Notes: a model not told the origin generated them from the letters alone. Positions 40,701-54,530 are shown, numbered from the stretch's first letter. The stretch is 64,000 nt of DNA from Tubiluchus corallicola (GCA_030141605.1 JAQGDQ010000429.1:1-64000), one strand, 5' to 3'. Translations and numbers: made by a program.

Positions 40701-43700
40701 AAATTTATCTCATAAAACTGAGAAAGTCCTGCAGGAAGTTAAAACTTGTCCCGTGAAGAAGCCTCATCATCACTACTCATCCGCATCAAAGATTTCTTCT
40801 GACAGGTTGTCACTCACAGAATCGGCAGTTTCTACTAACACAACAAAACAGGGTTTCACTAACTCTAACAGTTCTTATATTGATAAAGCTGGCAGCACTA
40901 AACAGCATGGCGTTAACAGCATGCAAATTAACAATCAAATGCCAAGTACTGTGTCAGTTAACTCATTTTTAAGTAATCTCACTTCTGCAGACGAATACTA
41001 CGTCGACTGTGACTGCGTTCGACTCGGCATTCCAAAACCAGATTGCAGTTTCTGTAATGATGATGCAGCAGGCCTGAACAATGCAGTTCTGCTTTCCTCA
41101 TCACAAGGCAACTCAAGCCTGAGTTCTTATACAACGGCAAAGACAAGCCAAGCAGACATGTCATGCAGTCCAAACAGTGTGGATCGAATGTGTAGTTTTA
41201 AAAGTTCTAGGATGACAAATTCTGTGCACGGCATTGATGGGCTAAAAGCTTTAGACGACACTTCTATAAAGAAGTCAATCAGCACTACAATGATTCCTGC
41301 AACCGACTGTCGATCAGATGTACTACCGGTGACTCGTTATGGATTAGCAGAGCATGAATCATTATCATCCAGGAAACAGCAAAGTCAACGTGGGCAATTA
41401 AAGTTTGGCAATGCTTCTTCTCGTCAGTCAACCGCTGATGATAATTTGCGGCCAGGTGATTTTCCTGAGCCCGAGTACGTCAACATTGATGAGTATCGAG
41501 CTGCTGCTTTTGGAGAGACTGCTAAACCACCTTCTGACAATGATAACGTATGCATGTCTAAACCAGAAAATGCTCATTCGTTACAAAGATCAAGCTCTTT
41601 CAGGCAAGCCGTAGAAACGCCTGGAAAGTCACGAATTCCCATAAGACAGCATCAAACGCCCAGTAAACTAAGCAATTCAGTGCCAAGAAACCAACATCTT
41701 TCCGTTCAAATGGAGTCACCGAAAGTTACTGCACGAGAACAACGAGGAAAAGCAATCCGCAAACCCACACCCTCTAAGCTTTCAAAGAAAAAGCACGCCG
41801 ACAACCGCGACATCAATGGCAAACATATCAAACAAACCCCAAAGAAACTAACGAGATCTAATGTAGCAAAAGCGACATCTACACCAGCACTTTCCACGGC
41901 TTCTAATAGAACGATCTACATCGGTGAAACTGTTAATCCTTATTCATCAAAGGAAAACATGGCATCATCAATGCATGGTGAAGAAGTGACATGTGTAAGA
42001 CCCGTAACAAATTCAGCACATCCATTTGGTTCAAGCAAAAGCTCCAGTTCTTTGTTAAAAGTAGTTGGTGCCAGAAGAAAGCCAATCCAGCGAACAAGCT
42101 CCAAGAAAGACGCATCCGGTGACTTAACTAACTCGGAGGATGACACAATCTCTGTGCGTCACTCGTACTGCAATTCATTTGGTGGAACAGATTCTAGACC
42201 ACCCAGTAGGAGTTTCAGTAGGGTTTCAAGTGGCATGTACACGCCTTTTGGTACAAGAGACGTCATGGCAGCATTGAAGCGGATGGATAGTACACCTGGT
42301 AAGTTAACATCTTATTAGCTTATCTTTGTCACTCTATTTCATGATGTAACGAAATTTGAATTCATTTTTGCAGTTGCAGTCTTATTTCTTTGTTGTTCTT
42401 AGATGTTTATTAAATAAAACTATCGGATTAACATAGATTTTAGGCAATTTTTGTCGTAACATAGTGCAATTTTATAAATTTTTTTTGTACAGTATCATTG
42501 ATAGTGTTTTAATATTGTGATGAATGCTTTTAAACAATAAACAATAACACTTTTTCTCATCTGATGTCATCAGTAGCAGCCATCATTAGGAGAAGATGAT
42601 ATCACATACATCGGCTTTTTCTTATGCAAGCGTTGCTTTCAATCCGGTTACATACTCTAATCATTTTTCCAAGTTACTTTATAGCACATACTGCAACTTT
42701 ACCTTTGCATTTATTGCATAAAAATTCTTAAAAGTTTTCATAACAATACGAATAGATTAGGTGGTTAATACATAATCATTTGTCATGTACCAACTTTTTG
42801 CCAAAAGAAAAACTATTTCTCAGTCCAAGACTATGCATAACTTGCCTAAATAACTTGCGTATAAACCTTCAACCTCTTTACTATTCATTATAACTTTGCT
42901 CATTTCACATCTTTCTGAAAAGGCTTTTATTGCGGAAATTGTTGTTACAGACAGTAATGTTTTCTTTTCCAGCCTTATATACAGCGGATGGCACAAACTG
43001 TGCAAAAGAAGCCCTTCAGATATGCTGTCTGCTCCTGCCACCTGCCGGGAGAAAACGCTTGCAGCTTCTGTTGCGAATGATGTCAAAAATGTCTAACAAT
43101 GAAGATTTGGATGGTCTTGATGAATTCACTTCTGTCCGTTCATTGGTAAGATTAGATGCTTTAGTTATTGTGCATCTTACAAACAACACCCAGCTTTAAC
43201 ATTAAACCACGTGTCATTCTTGTTTAATTAACTAAACTAGCTAGTGATGGGTGATTTTGAAATTTTGTAGTCCAATTATAATTTTGTTCTAACCAATATT
43301 AATCTTTTGCAACATTTTTTCAGGGTTTTTGCCATATTTTCAACCGTTGCAGTATTGAAATATAGCCTATAAACTTGTTCGCTGTTTGCCATGTTTGTAC
43401 TCACAAACTATTTTTGTAGATACGTATGTTCATTAACTACTCTATTAACATGCCCCGAGTTTGCAACACTGTGGTTTACAGTTGTATAAGGTGAAAAAAA
43501 ACACAAGGATTCCATTGATTTGTTCTAAAATGCTAGTCGGTGTGTAACACGTATATTTTGCTCTCGATTCATTGAATTACTATTCAATCACAAATTATAT
43601 TGATTCATACATGGTTGTAATTGCGACTTATTCGATTAATCTACTAATCACCCATCACTGGAGCTAGCTTTTATAAGGCCTGTTATAATGGATCTCTGGT

Positions 43701-46700
43701 TAATACAAGTGAATTTCAAAGACCTGTCAGATCTTATGCTTATTATTATTTTTATTCATAACCTTGCTTACAACGAGTTCCAATATAACGAGTTTCTGCT
43801 TATTTCGTTGTCTTGTAATTATATTTCCCCGTCTGTAATGAGAGAAAGTTTTAAAACAATGTGCTCACAAGCGTGTGCTAAGGGCAGAAATGTCATCATT
43901 TGGCAACCCTAGGGATTCATTTATTGATTGTGTGTGACACTACATGTTGTCGGCAGATGTCACAAGTTAGTAAATCACATTTCCAGCAGGGGTTACAAAA
44001 AGAACTTGCCAGCAGTTCTATGTTATAATTTATTGCATGAACAATACACATTAATCTTAGAAAAATCTATACAGTGTTAAGTAGTTGAAATTTAGAACAA
44101 TGAACAAGCTTATTAAATTTTTATTTGCTGTTTTGAAATGGCCCTTTAAAATTTGTGTCTTATAGCATGGCTTACCCAGCTACTAGAACGACTTTGGCTT
44201 TGTGCCTCCTTGATCAAACTATCTAGACATGTATGCCGTATAGTCTTCATTTCCACACTTATACAATTGATATCAGCTATAACAAGAAAATTTGGGCAGT
44301 CCCGTGAAATTCATTATAAGCGTATTATATTGTATTTGGTTTTTATCATGTAATGCCTTTAGGTTGTCGAGACGTTTACAAATGCCATCTTGCAAGCTGA
44401 ATGCATGGCTGATCAGGACTTATTGCTCAATTTAAGATTGGTCACTTTTATGATGGACAACTACTCGGACATTTTTGCGATTCCGCTCGATTTGAAGGTG
44501 CGAATTCAGGAAAAGCTGGCTCAGTCTCGAACCAGTAAAATACAGGTGTGGTATTCACATTACTTGCCAACACGAGCATTTTTATTTATTTGTTCAAGTC
44601 CTCGTTTAATGACTCCTAGTTTAGCGACGTTTCGTGTTAATGGTACTGAATATTTGACACGTTTTTTCGCTTAGCATCACACTTTTCATTTTAATAACTA
44701 TTTTTATTTTGCTCATAATCAATTATTTTGTCGACAACAGTTTCCCTAAGTTGAAGCATTAAAACAGCACATGTTGTATGTTTCTGCTCGAAAAGCACTA
44801 GTAATAAAACAGTACAATTATTATATGTTTTGGCTTTCCGACTGACTACTTAATGTTAGCCATTTGTATCAAGCGAGGTCTACTTGTGATTTATACGCCT
44901 TCGATTTATAGGCATATAGATGTAAACTTTATGCCAAGGTATTTTGCTTCCAATCGGTTTCTTCAGTAATCAGACTATGTATCTAGATGAAATTGTCCCA
45001 AAGTCGTCCAGGGCTTGGCTTTGACAATGCAGTGCTTATTAACGGCTCCCTAGGCTTCAGCATTTACGAAAGACAAACCACTGACTAGGTATTAGTAAGA
45101 AAAATAGATGATTTCACAAACAACCAGAAAGAAGTTAATCAGTATATGATATGAGCTTAGTCACTTTTAATTCTGGAACGTATCTCAATTCGTTTACGTT
45201 ACTTTCTGTGGAAGTCTTGGCTTCGTTTAATGATGTTTCGCTTAACATCGCATTTTGCTAGAACGCATTAGCGTCGTTAAGCGAGAACTTACTGTATTTG
45301 TGTTTTGTTTGATCAACTAACGACATTGTATGCACTAATTACCGCAACAAATGTACAGTAATGAATTTTGTGTCGTGTTTAAACAACGGGATGGAAACAA
45401 ACAGGAAACACAGTTATTTAATGTTGTGTTTTTGGTTAGCTTTATTAGTGCCTATGTGGTGTGTGAGTTTCTCAGTACTAATTGTTTTTTTTATGAAGAC
45501 GATAAACAAGATGTTCATGATGATGATAATAGTAATCGCAATGATGACCTCAATGATAAAGCTGATGATGATGACGACTGTTATGATGATGGTATTCCTC
45601 GATTGTTGATGAAGATGTTAGCAAGAATAAACTTCATGAAGTCATTGATGGTTTTAGGCTTTGTATAGCTTCTAAATTCTCAAATCAGTATTAGTTGCTC
45701 ATATTTTGCAATTCTTATATCACTGTCATTGACTAAAGTATTTCTTTCATCACCACTCCCCGAAATTTTGTTGCCTGGTTTTAGTTTAATGATTTCACTG
45801 TCTGTTTGACAATCTTGTGCCTATCATTTACTACTAGTGCTACCACACTTGCAGCATTTGGCTTTCCGACTTTCCGTCTAATCAAGTGATTTCTGTTCAT
45901 TTACGACCTTTGCATTCTCATGCAAGTGCCATGCTTTGTTGCTTAGGTTGTTTATGGAGTTGAGGACCCAACTGCACTAACTTACTGTGATCAAGTGACG
46001 AGAGAAGAATATGCACAGCAGAGTGACTCGTTGTCAAAGAAAGCACTGGCTGATTTGCTAGATGGGATCGTTAACAACAGCAAGATGACCTTGAAAGAAA
46101 AACGGAAGAAACTCAGACAGGTAATTGTATTTAGGATAGTTAACAACAGTAAGTCGTTCTTGAAAGAAAAACGAAAGAAACTCAGACAGGTAATTGCATT
46201 TAGGATAGTTAACAACAGTAAGTCGTCCTTGGAAGAAAAATGAAAGAAACTCAGACAGGTAATTATACTTGATGCAAAGCCAAACATGGCCGCAAACTTT
46301 AAAACTGTCAGCAGGTTGAATTCTCTTTAGGATTTCCAGTGACAAGCATTTTGTGTGTTTTAATTCTGGTGAATTCCAGGATTCAAATTCTGATCAATTT
46401 ATCTTCAAGAAAAAAAAAGATTCGCTTTATACTCGGAATTTTAAGCCTGGCTTACTCAATTACTGTTTATAATTAATGAAGATTGAGTAAAATAACTTTG
46501 TTTGTTTTTTGATTTCTAAATAATAAAAGTGGTAACCCCAAATAGCCAAACACCAATCCTTAAATTCTCGGGATATCCGGGACGAAGTTTCCAATTCTGA
46601 TCCAAATCCCCTATAAATTCAAAACCTATTCTTTTGCTTCCATCTATGTATAACACGTGTCCGAGTTTGTGATGAAAACATAAAAAAACTTTTGAATTTC

Positions 46701-48428
46701 TTAGCAACTACAAAACTGTCATAAAACTCTGCCAGGAGAACACTCTTCTTTTACAGCACTTGCTGGTGGAGGGTGACCATTAGGTGTGTAACTGATTAAT
46801 CGATTATAGTCAAATTGGGCTTTTTATTTCTGACAGTGATTATTTTTCAGCTACCACTGCAAATCAATGATACTACCACTACAGTAGGTGCCGCGTAATA
46901 GACTCACTTTGAGACCGAATTGTTTTGACACAGTTAACCGATGGGTGTAGTATTACTGTATATAAGTATGAGTGATCAGCTTACTATGCACTGCAGAGGT
47001 TTCTAATGAATTTTTGAAATGAAGTAATGCCTAAATTCCTTTGTGCAGTTAAAAATATAAAAATATATTTTAAAATATTAATTTATATAAGTGAATTAGC
47101 AATAAATCAAAAAGTATACTTTTCTAAATCACACAAATCTATTTGGCAAAAATTATGAAAATTCTTTCAATGTCAGAATTTCCTTCATTTTCTCGCAAAG
47201 ACGTTGGCTCACAAAGCTCTCATGATTATAAAACTGTGAAAATCTGTTGCTGTGTGATGCATATATTCTCGTAAAACATTTAGCGCTTGGCATGCTTGAG
47301 CTGCAGTTGGTGGCGCACTTGTCTCCTTTCGAGTTGTTTCCTCTGATGCTGGCTGATTACTGTACCTGCTTCTGTTTTCTATCTTGACTGTTAACCGATT
47401 AAGCATGCAACCAGATCTTCAAACCGCAGGAAACCGCTAGACAACTGATTAAGCGTTTAGCTTCCAGAACTTCTTGGATAAGGAGGTTAATTGCAGTGGA
47501 CGAGCAAGTAACAGATTCAAAGCAAAGCCGCTACGCTACCATATTAGCGCATGATAAACGTGCCTGCTAACAAACAAATTGGTGCTTAACATGATTGTTT
47601 CTACATACGTTATAGTGCACAAAAGCGAAGTAAAGTAGGAGAGGCTGTTTGAGCACATACACATGTCTTATCTTACGTATGTGAAAGAAAAATATTGAGT
47701 CAATTACAGACAGCTTTTATGTACACTTGAATAGAAACAGCTCGTACCAACTGTTTTTGAGTCAAATAAGCGATTGTGTCTATAAAGCGGCACCTCCTGC
47801 ATAATATGTAACTTATTTTTTGGAAAAAAAAACACAAAAATTGCACCAATGTAACAATCATTTGGGGTGAAATCAACTAGTATTGTGTTGCATTTGCTCA
47901 GTAGTTTAGCTAGCTGACATCGCCGCTTAGGAGTGAAAGTTTCGTGCACGTGCGATTTTCTTGCTTTTTCCCATAAAATTGTGAATTTACTTATATTTTG
48001 TGCCTGAAGAGCAATTATAAATGATTATGAAACTGGTTTTGTATGTAATCAGTTATAAAAATGGAATCAGTGTGCCATCACTGGTGACCACCGTAGCTTC
48101 TAGTTCATATCTGTAAATACATCCTTTGCTGAATTGTTAGAAAGACCTCCAGTATTTCTTACCATATCAAAGTTCAATTTAATAACCAGTTTCCAAAGTT
48201 GAATTTTTTTAATTGTTTGATCTTTTTGTATTCAATGTTGACAAAACTATGACTGAGGGAATTCGAGTTTTCTGTTTATTATATTTTCTTGATTTGCAGT
48301 TTAAAGAGTCTTACCCTGACATCTATAAGCAGAGGTTTCCTACACAACTCAGCGAAAGCGTCTTCTTCCCACCAGAAACCAGTGCCAAACCCCCGATACT
48401 ACGCAAGCTTCGCAACTTACGACTTTAA
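31716..48428 (+). CDS. DEPDC1: DEP domain-containing protein 1 (DEP plus RhoGAP-like domain)
   Basis: Exons 31716-31775, 35404-35561, 36928-37035, 37562-37783, 38541-38671, 39391-39579, 40181-42298, 42973-43145, 44363-44545, 45947-46120, 48300-48428, all in phase. Motifs: PYRATKLWNDVLRSFRAGMP, DDLPHWVLSAMRCLANWP, YPGFEKDVF, ALQICCLLLPP..RKRLQLLLRMM, LKEKRKKLRQFKESYPDIYKQRFP. Confidence 0.94.
36010..36545 (+). mobile_element. Family B DNA transposon (copy 2), in a DEPDC1 intron
   Basis: Collinear similarity to 9999-10605. Confidence 0.75.
37052..37450. mobile_element. Family C MITE with TTAA ends
   Basis: ttaaaagaaaggcc...aataaaccc...tcctttcctttaa; reverse-complement similarity to 30766-31018. 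Confidence 0.65.
39088..39294. mobile_element. Harbinger-like MITE
   Basis: TIR ggcactctgagactagcgagttttct / agaaaactcgctagtctgaatgcgcc, with TTA-like flanks. Confidence 0.7.
43242..43660. mobile_element. hAT-type MITE
   Basis: TIR tagtgatgggtgatt / aatcacccatcactg; imperfect 8-bp TSD aaactagc / gagctagc. Confidence 0.75.
45175..45296. mobile_element. Family D Tc1/mariner-type MITE end
   Basis: Similar to 27519-27626. Confidence 0.7.
46065..46265 (+). repeat. 69-bp tandem triplication of the DEPDC1 exon-10 3' end and its splice donor
   Basis: Units start at 46065, 46134 and 46203; each ends aaactcagacag|gtaatt. Confidence 0.92.
46882..47799 (-). mobile_element. Internally deleted pogo/Tigger-like DNA transposon
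   Basis: TIR cagtaggtgccgcgtaatagac / gtctataaagcggcacctcctg with TA on the left; internal minus peptide PPTAAQACQALNVLREYM resembles Tigger transposase C-termini. Confidence 0.7.
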
Positions 48429-49199
48429 AAAAGCCGCTGTCAAAGTGCAGAAAAGATTATTACAAACTGAGGTGCACAGATCATTAGTCAGGTTTTATTA
48501 GGTAGGATATACTGTCCATGGCTGTTATATTTTCTGTAAGGAAACAAAGTAGTTTATTGTGAAATTTACAGAAAAAGCAGAATGCAGGACAGTTTTAGGC
48601 TGTTTTTGATTTGTTGTACCAGTTTTTCTTTTTTCCTTTTCTTTTGGTATTGAAAGGTGAATTCAGCTCATTGATCATTTTTTATTTGTTTGTGAAAAAA
48701 TAATTTAATATTATTGATAATAATAATAAACTACGCTAAGTTTAATGAATTTGTTTGCAGATACAGTAGTTACCGAATGTACTTTAACTATTGTGTACTC
48801 TAGCTAGGCAAATAAAGGAATATATGCAATAAGCTGAATGGTTTACAAATTTTAAGGTTTCATTAATGAAAGTTGGTTACACTAGCTGCCTTTCTGAAGT
48901 TGCAATACACAATTTCTTACTTAACCCATGGTTATTATAATACTGTTTACCGATGTGTTGGTTATTTTTCTTTTTAACAAGCTGTGAACTCTATGAAGCA
49001 TTAGAGTTGCGTAATAACCGAAAATGCTCATATTATAATTTTTTTTTGGGCAGTTTGCAATAAGCTTATGTGCATAATATATCTTTTTGTATTAATGACT
49101 ATTCATTCTACTCATAGCGGTTAGTATAGAGTTATTTCTGTTTGTCACATAATGAAAATGCGGTGAAAATGCATTTTTAAACGATTCAACCACTGTGAG

Positions 49200-49677
49200 A
49201 GAAACCAGCCCGCTGTTTTCAATTAAAATATTGAAACGGAACATACTATTTTTTCAAGAATAACTTACGTGAAAGAGTTATTTACACACAAACACAATTT
49301 TGCGTTCACACAACTAGTTCTTCGCTGTTACATGCATTTCACAATTCGTTAGTTAGATGGACATTAGTGCCTGCATTTCAGAAACATGTTGTGCAAAAAC
49401 AGGTGCTGTATCTTTCATTGCAGAGGTGTTTATTTGTGTAGTAGTGCACACGTTGAAAGCTTATGCATGAGTACAGTGGTAAATTTGAAATTTGATTTTT
49501 TTATATTTTAATTTGCTGAGTTTTATTATAACACATTTTATCAACCTGTCATTAACTAAGAGTTTAATCTATTATTTAATTATCAGAAATGCTTTTGCAG
49601 TATTATTGGTGTTAAAATATTATACTTTTTACTGTACTTCAAAATGAGATAGGATATGAAAAATCATCCCGTTTTCC
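49200..49677 (+). mobile_element. Family B DNA transposon (copy 3)
   Basis: Similar to 9999-10605 with an internal deletion; ends aaatcatcccgttttcc. Confidence 0.78.
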
Positions 49678-51064
49678 AATAATAGAATGTGAAATTGTAA
49701 CTCATTAATTCCATGTATGAATAATTTTATTCCATAATGTCTAAAATGTCACATAAAATTTTATCGAGCAATTTTTGTACTTACAAAGTTTTTGATTTTC
49801 CCTATCAGAACCATTAAAAAGGTGCAACACAAACAGGACATGAGCTTAAAACGTTAGATGCAGGTTTAACTGCATTTTTTACGTGGTTATTAGGTAGCTG
49901 AGTCAAAGTTTCATTACGTTTTTCTGAGTTTCCTAAAATATTCTCAATATAAATTAAAATTAATTTAGTTTTTTATTATTGTTATTATTGTAGATGCAGG
50001 TGTACATTAAAAATGTTGATAGCTGTTCTACTGTAGTACTGAATTAGCAATGTAGAGTGGTAACATGTGAATAGTTGTGGATGTGATACATCTGAATAGT
50101 AAAAAATAGTTGAGTTTGATATATCATTCATATTCAAATGCTCACAAATCTGGGCTTCCAACATATTATGCAACATTTTTGGTTGTGTTTTAGATGAGAA
50201 ATCCTATTTTATATGTAATTTATTTTCATTTTCTTAATGGCAAGAAAAGTTTCACATTGTAAAGAGAATTTAGATTAGTGAATGATCAAACAATAACAGG
50301 ACACAGCAGACGTAATTGCTTGGCCATAAATTGATTAAGCTGAATTTTCACTACAGTGTAATATATTTTTGTATTATGTGTGTAATATGTGAAAATGCTA
50401 ATGCAGTAATAATTAAATCTTATAATAATCGTAAAATTTATGTTGTGTGTTTATCATTTTTCTACATTTGAAAAGTACGTCCAATTTTATGCTAGATATT
50501 TTAAACTTTAAGGACCATTGTTTAGTTGCCCATATTTCCCTAAAGATCAACATCTCCCTTCTAACATTCAGGCGGGCAGTATCCAATCAAAAGTACAAAC
50601 AGACATTTAGCTCACATAGTGCAACTTTGGTACAGCCCGACTGTCTCTGGCACTCATTGTGCAATACGTATCAGTTGCAGAAAGTGACCAACTGTTGGCT
50701 ACTAAATTGAACACGAGATGTGACTGTAACCGATGCAGAGATAAGAGTGCTATATAATCATATTTACGAGACTATTAATTTACTCACAATTATGTCGTAA
50801 TAACAGAAATTTTCTTCTTAAACCGTGGCCCTAACACATTACGAGATACTAATTCCAAATTTGGAGATTCTTTATTTTTTGTTTATGCCCATAATAAGCC
50901 ACCCTAAAAAACTAGTGAGGGGACGATTCCAATACCTAATTCGATTTCACCAAAAAGCCTCCGTTACTATACGATTCTTGATTCCGATTCATTCAAGGAC
51001 ATTGTTGAATGCATTTTTTCTGTAATTTTACATTTTAGCATAAGCATTATGTGCACAATGAAAG

Positions 51065-51400
51065 AAAATATGTTGATTTTTTTCTTGAATTAATTGGACT
51101 GTAAATTTCAAGGAAACAATTCTCTGGTAGAGAATTCCACAGCTGTTCAACATGCACGGCGGTATAGGGTGAGACAATGAGAAGCACCCTGACAAAAACG
51201 AGTACTAGGAACAAACTGTCAGTGCTGGGGAACCAGTGAAGAGGGGTCCTGAGAGCATCAAGAGATCTGTATCTAAATAATAGATCCAGGCTAAATCGTT
51301 TTCATAATATTGTAACAGGGTAATAAAATATTTCATAGACGTTGGTAATACTTTAAATTTTATGCAATTAGCGCTCTCCAAAGTGACCATACGTATCTAA
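51065..51400 (-). mobile_element. Degenerate L2/CR1-type LINE ORF2 3' remnant
   Basis: Minus-strand translation gives IKFKVL and, downstream, QLWNSLP, typical of L2/CR1 C-termini; reading frame disrupted. Confidence 0.5.
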
Positions 51401-53267
51401 ATAACTTCATAGTAGCTTAAAAATGCTAAACCAGACAACACTAATTATTTGTTAGCTCTGATAATTTCAAATTTTCTTACTGATTAAAATGTGTAAGAAT
51501 CGTTTTAAAGATCATTTTTCTCGACCGAGAGAGAGAGAGAGTTTTCTAGTGGTGGATCATTGCCGGTAAATGTCTCACTGCCAAGTTATCTTTTGCCCAA
51601 TGTCCCGTTCAGACAATGCTCCTGACTCTGGCGGTGATCGCTTTTACGTTTTTCAGCATATAAAATTGTAAAAATAACAGCAAATTCTTAGGTACGATCG
51701 AAGAGAAAAGAACTAGACAATAAGGCAGTAATGACAGATTTTGCACCCTGGGCTTTTACCGACGTTTTGAGCCTGTGCAGACCGGGTATACTGTCTGACT
51801 TAATGTGATGTTCAAAAGTAAAAGAAAACGGAAAACTAAGAAGAAATGCCTTTCAGACAACACTTAACTCATTAAAAGAGCGCTTCCTGTCATGAATTTC
51901 CTTTTATCATGGAATTTCAGTATACTATTCCTAAACCAAATCACAAAACGCCTCAACTCAAAAAATTAATTTCTAAGATTTTAATTCCATATATTTTTGA
52001 TAGAATCAGTAACACAACGGTTTTTTCTTACGTTAAAGCTACACCTGCCTCAAAACCGGTCCAAAAAAGTTCCCCTCAAACAAGTATTCATCTACCAATC
52101 AAACCTTGCGAATATTTTGGGCCAGATATTTTGTACAAAGACATTAATATGAATAGAGACTTGTGGACTTATTCAAGCACTCCCTACGTTTTTAGACACT
52201 TGGGAAAACTTTAGTGGCGTTTTTTTCTAATATGCGAATGAAGTTTCAGAGAAAAGATCCTTAAATATTTAAGTAAAAAACATGCTCATAGTAGTCTACA
52301 GTTTGCCTGCTGATCAACGTGCATATAAGTTTTATGCAGTCGAGCACCGTTATTCTACGTGCAACTGCTCAAACTTTATTTTTCATCTTGCCTAGCAGGA
52401 TAGATGGGCGATTCCTGTGTGGCAAAAGGAAAGTCTATCCTCACTGCTGTCGCGTTTTGTGCCATTTTTACGTTGAAGTATTTAACGTATAAAAACCAGG
52501 AGAAATATTTCAAAATGTGAAAGAGATTGCCATTAAACTCACGAGTTTCCGTTAAATTGGTAGGGTTGAAATGTCTTACTGTTAATCTAGACTAAATACA
52601 GTTTTTACGAAATTTATTTACAAAGGTTAATTATTACCTTGCTCTCGGCACACCTACATACATTGTTCATACAGCCTACACACAGTTTAAATAATGGTAC
52701 AGTAACATCATAATGCTCTATATACTGTGTTTGTTACTATAAATTTGTTGTTCTTTGCAGGTTTGTAAAATGAAAACTGATTCTTATAAGTTTATTTGCT
52801 ATAAATAGGTAAATACTGTAGAAAGAAATGTTTTTATTAATAGATAAATCATTATTCAGCAATGACCGTTCTGTTCAGTGTTCACGTGCTCTGCTTGCTG
52901 GGGCCATTGGCTGCTTACTGTACGGCGGCTATAAATTACCCCTTCCCGACGAGACGTCACAGCACTGAATGTCATGTGGGCGATAATATTTGTGACAGCA
53001 GGCCTACCAACAGCGCTTAATTTAATTTACCATATCACATAAAAGCATGCATCAAAACTATTTAAAAATTAGGAAATGTGTAATTCCGCCTATGCTATAA
53101 TCGAAACAAAACATAAAAAATTGTGTAATAAACCTTTAAAGATTCATAGGTAAATATGTATAATTCATTGTTTTACAGATTTATGGGTAAATAGTCATAG
53201 GTAAATAAGTTCAACACTACGTTTTTGATATTAGCACACAAAGCATTTACATACCATTGATTTTCAG

Positions 53268-53424
53268 ATTATATGAAATTGGTGGTTATGATGGAGTGAA
53301 CAATCTAAATTCAGTGGCGGTCTACAGTCTGGACACAGACACTTGGAAATTTGAGAGTGCTTGTGTGGGCGTGGGGGTGGTGTCCCTCGTACCAACGCGT
53401 GAATTTGCTGATACTCAAGTATGA
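53268..53424 (+). pseudogene. Orphan terminal exon of a Kelch-repeat (KLHL18-like) gene
   Basis: ttttcag| then LYEIGGYDGVNNLNSVAVYSLDTDTWKFESACVGVGVVSLVPTREFADTQV*; Kelch GG-Y-W pattern; no other Kelch or BTB exons recognised. Confidence 0.7.
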
Positions 53425-54530
53425 AATTACACATTTTTCATTTCAATTTACAGATTTCATCTTGTTGTTTGGTCAATTCTGCTCTAGTTTTTGCTGTGTT
53501 AAATTTCTGCTTGTGCATAGTTTTGTATTTTGTAATATTGTATTGTAAAACTGTGATTTTTTGTACAGCATAAATAACATAGCTCCTAGATATAATAAAT
53601 TGATACACACATTGTAATAATAAAATAATCGCAATGACTGAATATTTGTGATCTTGTCTGACCTACAGTAACGCTTTCTGACCTTGCGTCGATAATGCAC
53701 TTCCCGTGCTTTGCTCATGGATGGTGAGGTTTTACTGTTTTACACTTTTGTAGTACACTTATTACACTCTGTCCGTACAGCAAACTGCGTATATAGCGGA
53801 CCTCATAATACAGTGGACACAGTTTCCAATGTATTGTTCATTCATCTTCTGAAAGGTGATTTATTACAATTGTTTTCGAATGCGTTCGCCAAACTCGGTA
53901 TTATACGAATAATGTTTTGTGTTTTCTTTCTCGTAGGTTTCTCCACACCTAGTATCAATTTACGTTTTTGCTCATTGATTTTTGAAAAAACCTACAAGAC
54001 AGTACTTTAATTCAGCACAGTGCTTTTACTGTCATATTTGTGCACTGGTATGACTTTTGATATTCTGTTTGGTAATTTCCGGTAATTTCCCTTTAACAAG
54101 TGGTAAATTGTAAACAGCAGCAAGCGGTTTGGGCGATCTCTATTAGATGGTTACTATAATCATCAGAACCAGAATTCGTGTTAATTTTCAACTTTAGCAA
54201 AAAACTCGTTAGTGTGCTCAAACATAAATACGTTACCAAGGCCATCGTTAACGTACTGAATTAAGATCAGTTTTGTTGGTAGTTTTCTGCTGTATACGCC
54301 CCTAGTCCAACGAAGTACTTATTAAAGATATTTACGATTTCTTCAGAGCCCGTTATTAGTTTATTATTATTTGGTGAGTGGCGACAGCCAATGCTAAATT
54401 TACAGTTAGTCACTTACTACAAATGGAAGATTTTAACAGATATGCGCACATCTAAAAATAGAAACAGTTGTAACATCTTGCTTCATTTTCTGAAGTTTAG
54501 TTATTGCACAGATTTAAATATTTACATCAA

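Noticed and set aside
45490-45625. Asp-rich and Met-rich ORFs at 45351-45668
   Set aside because: Produced by an intronic (GAT)n tract.
53473-54010. Short ORFs on both strands between the Kelch exon and the repeat gene
   Set aside because: No recognisable motif and frequent stops; cannot be supported as coding.
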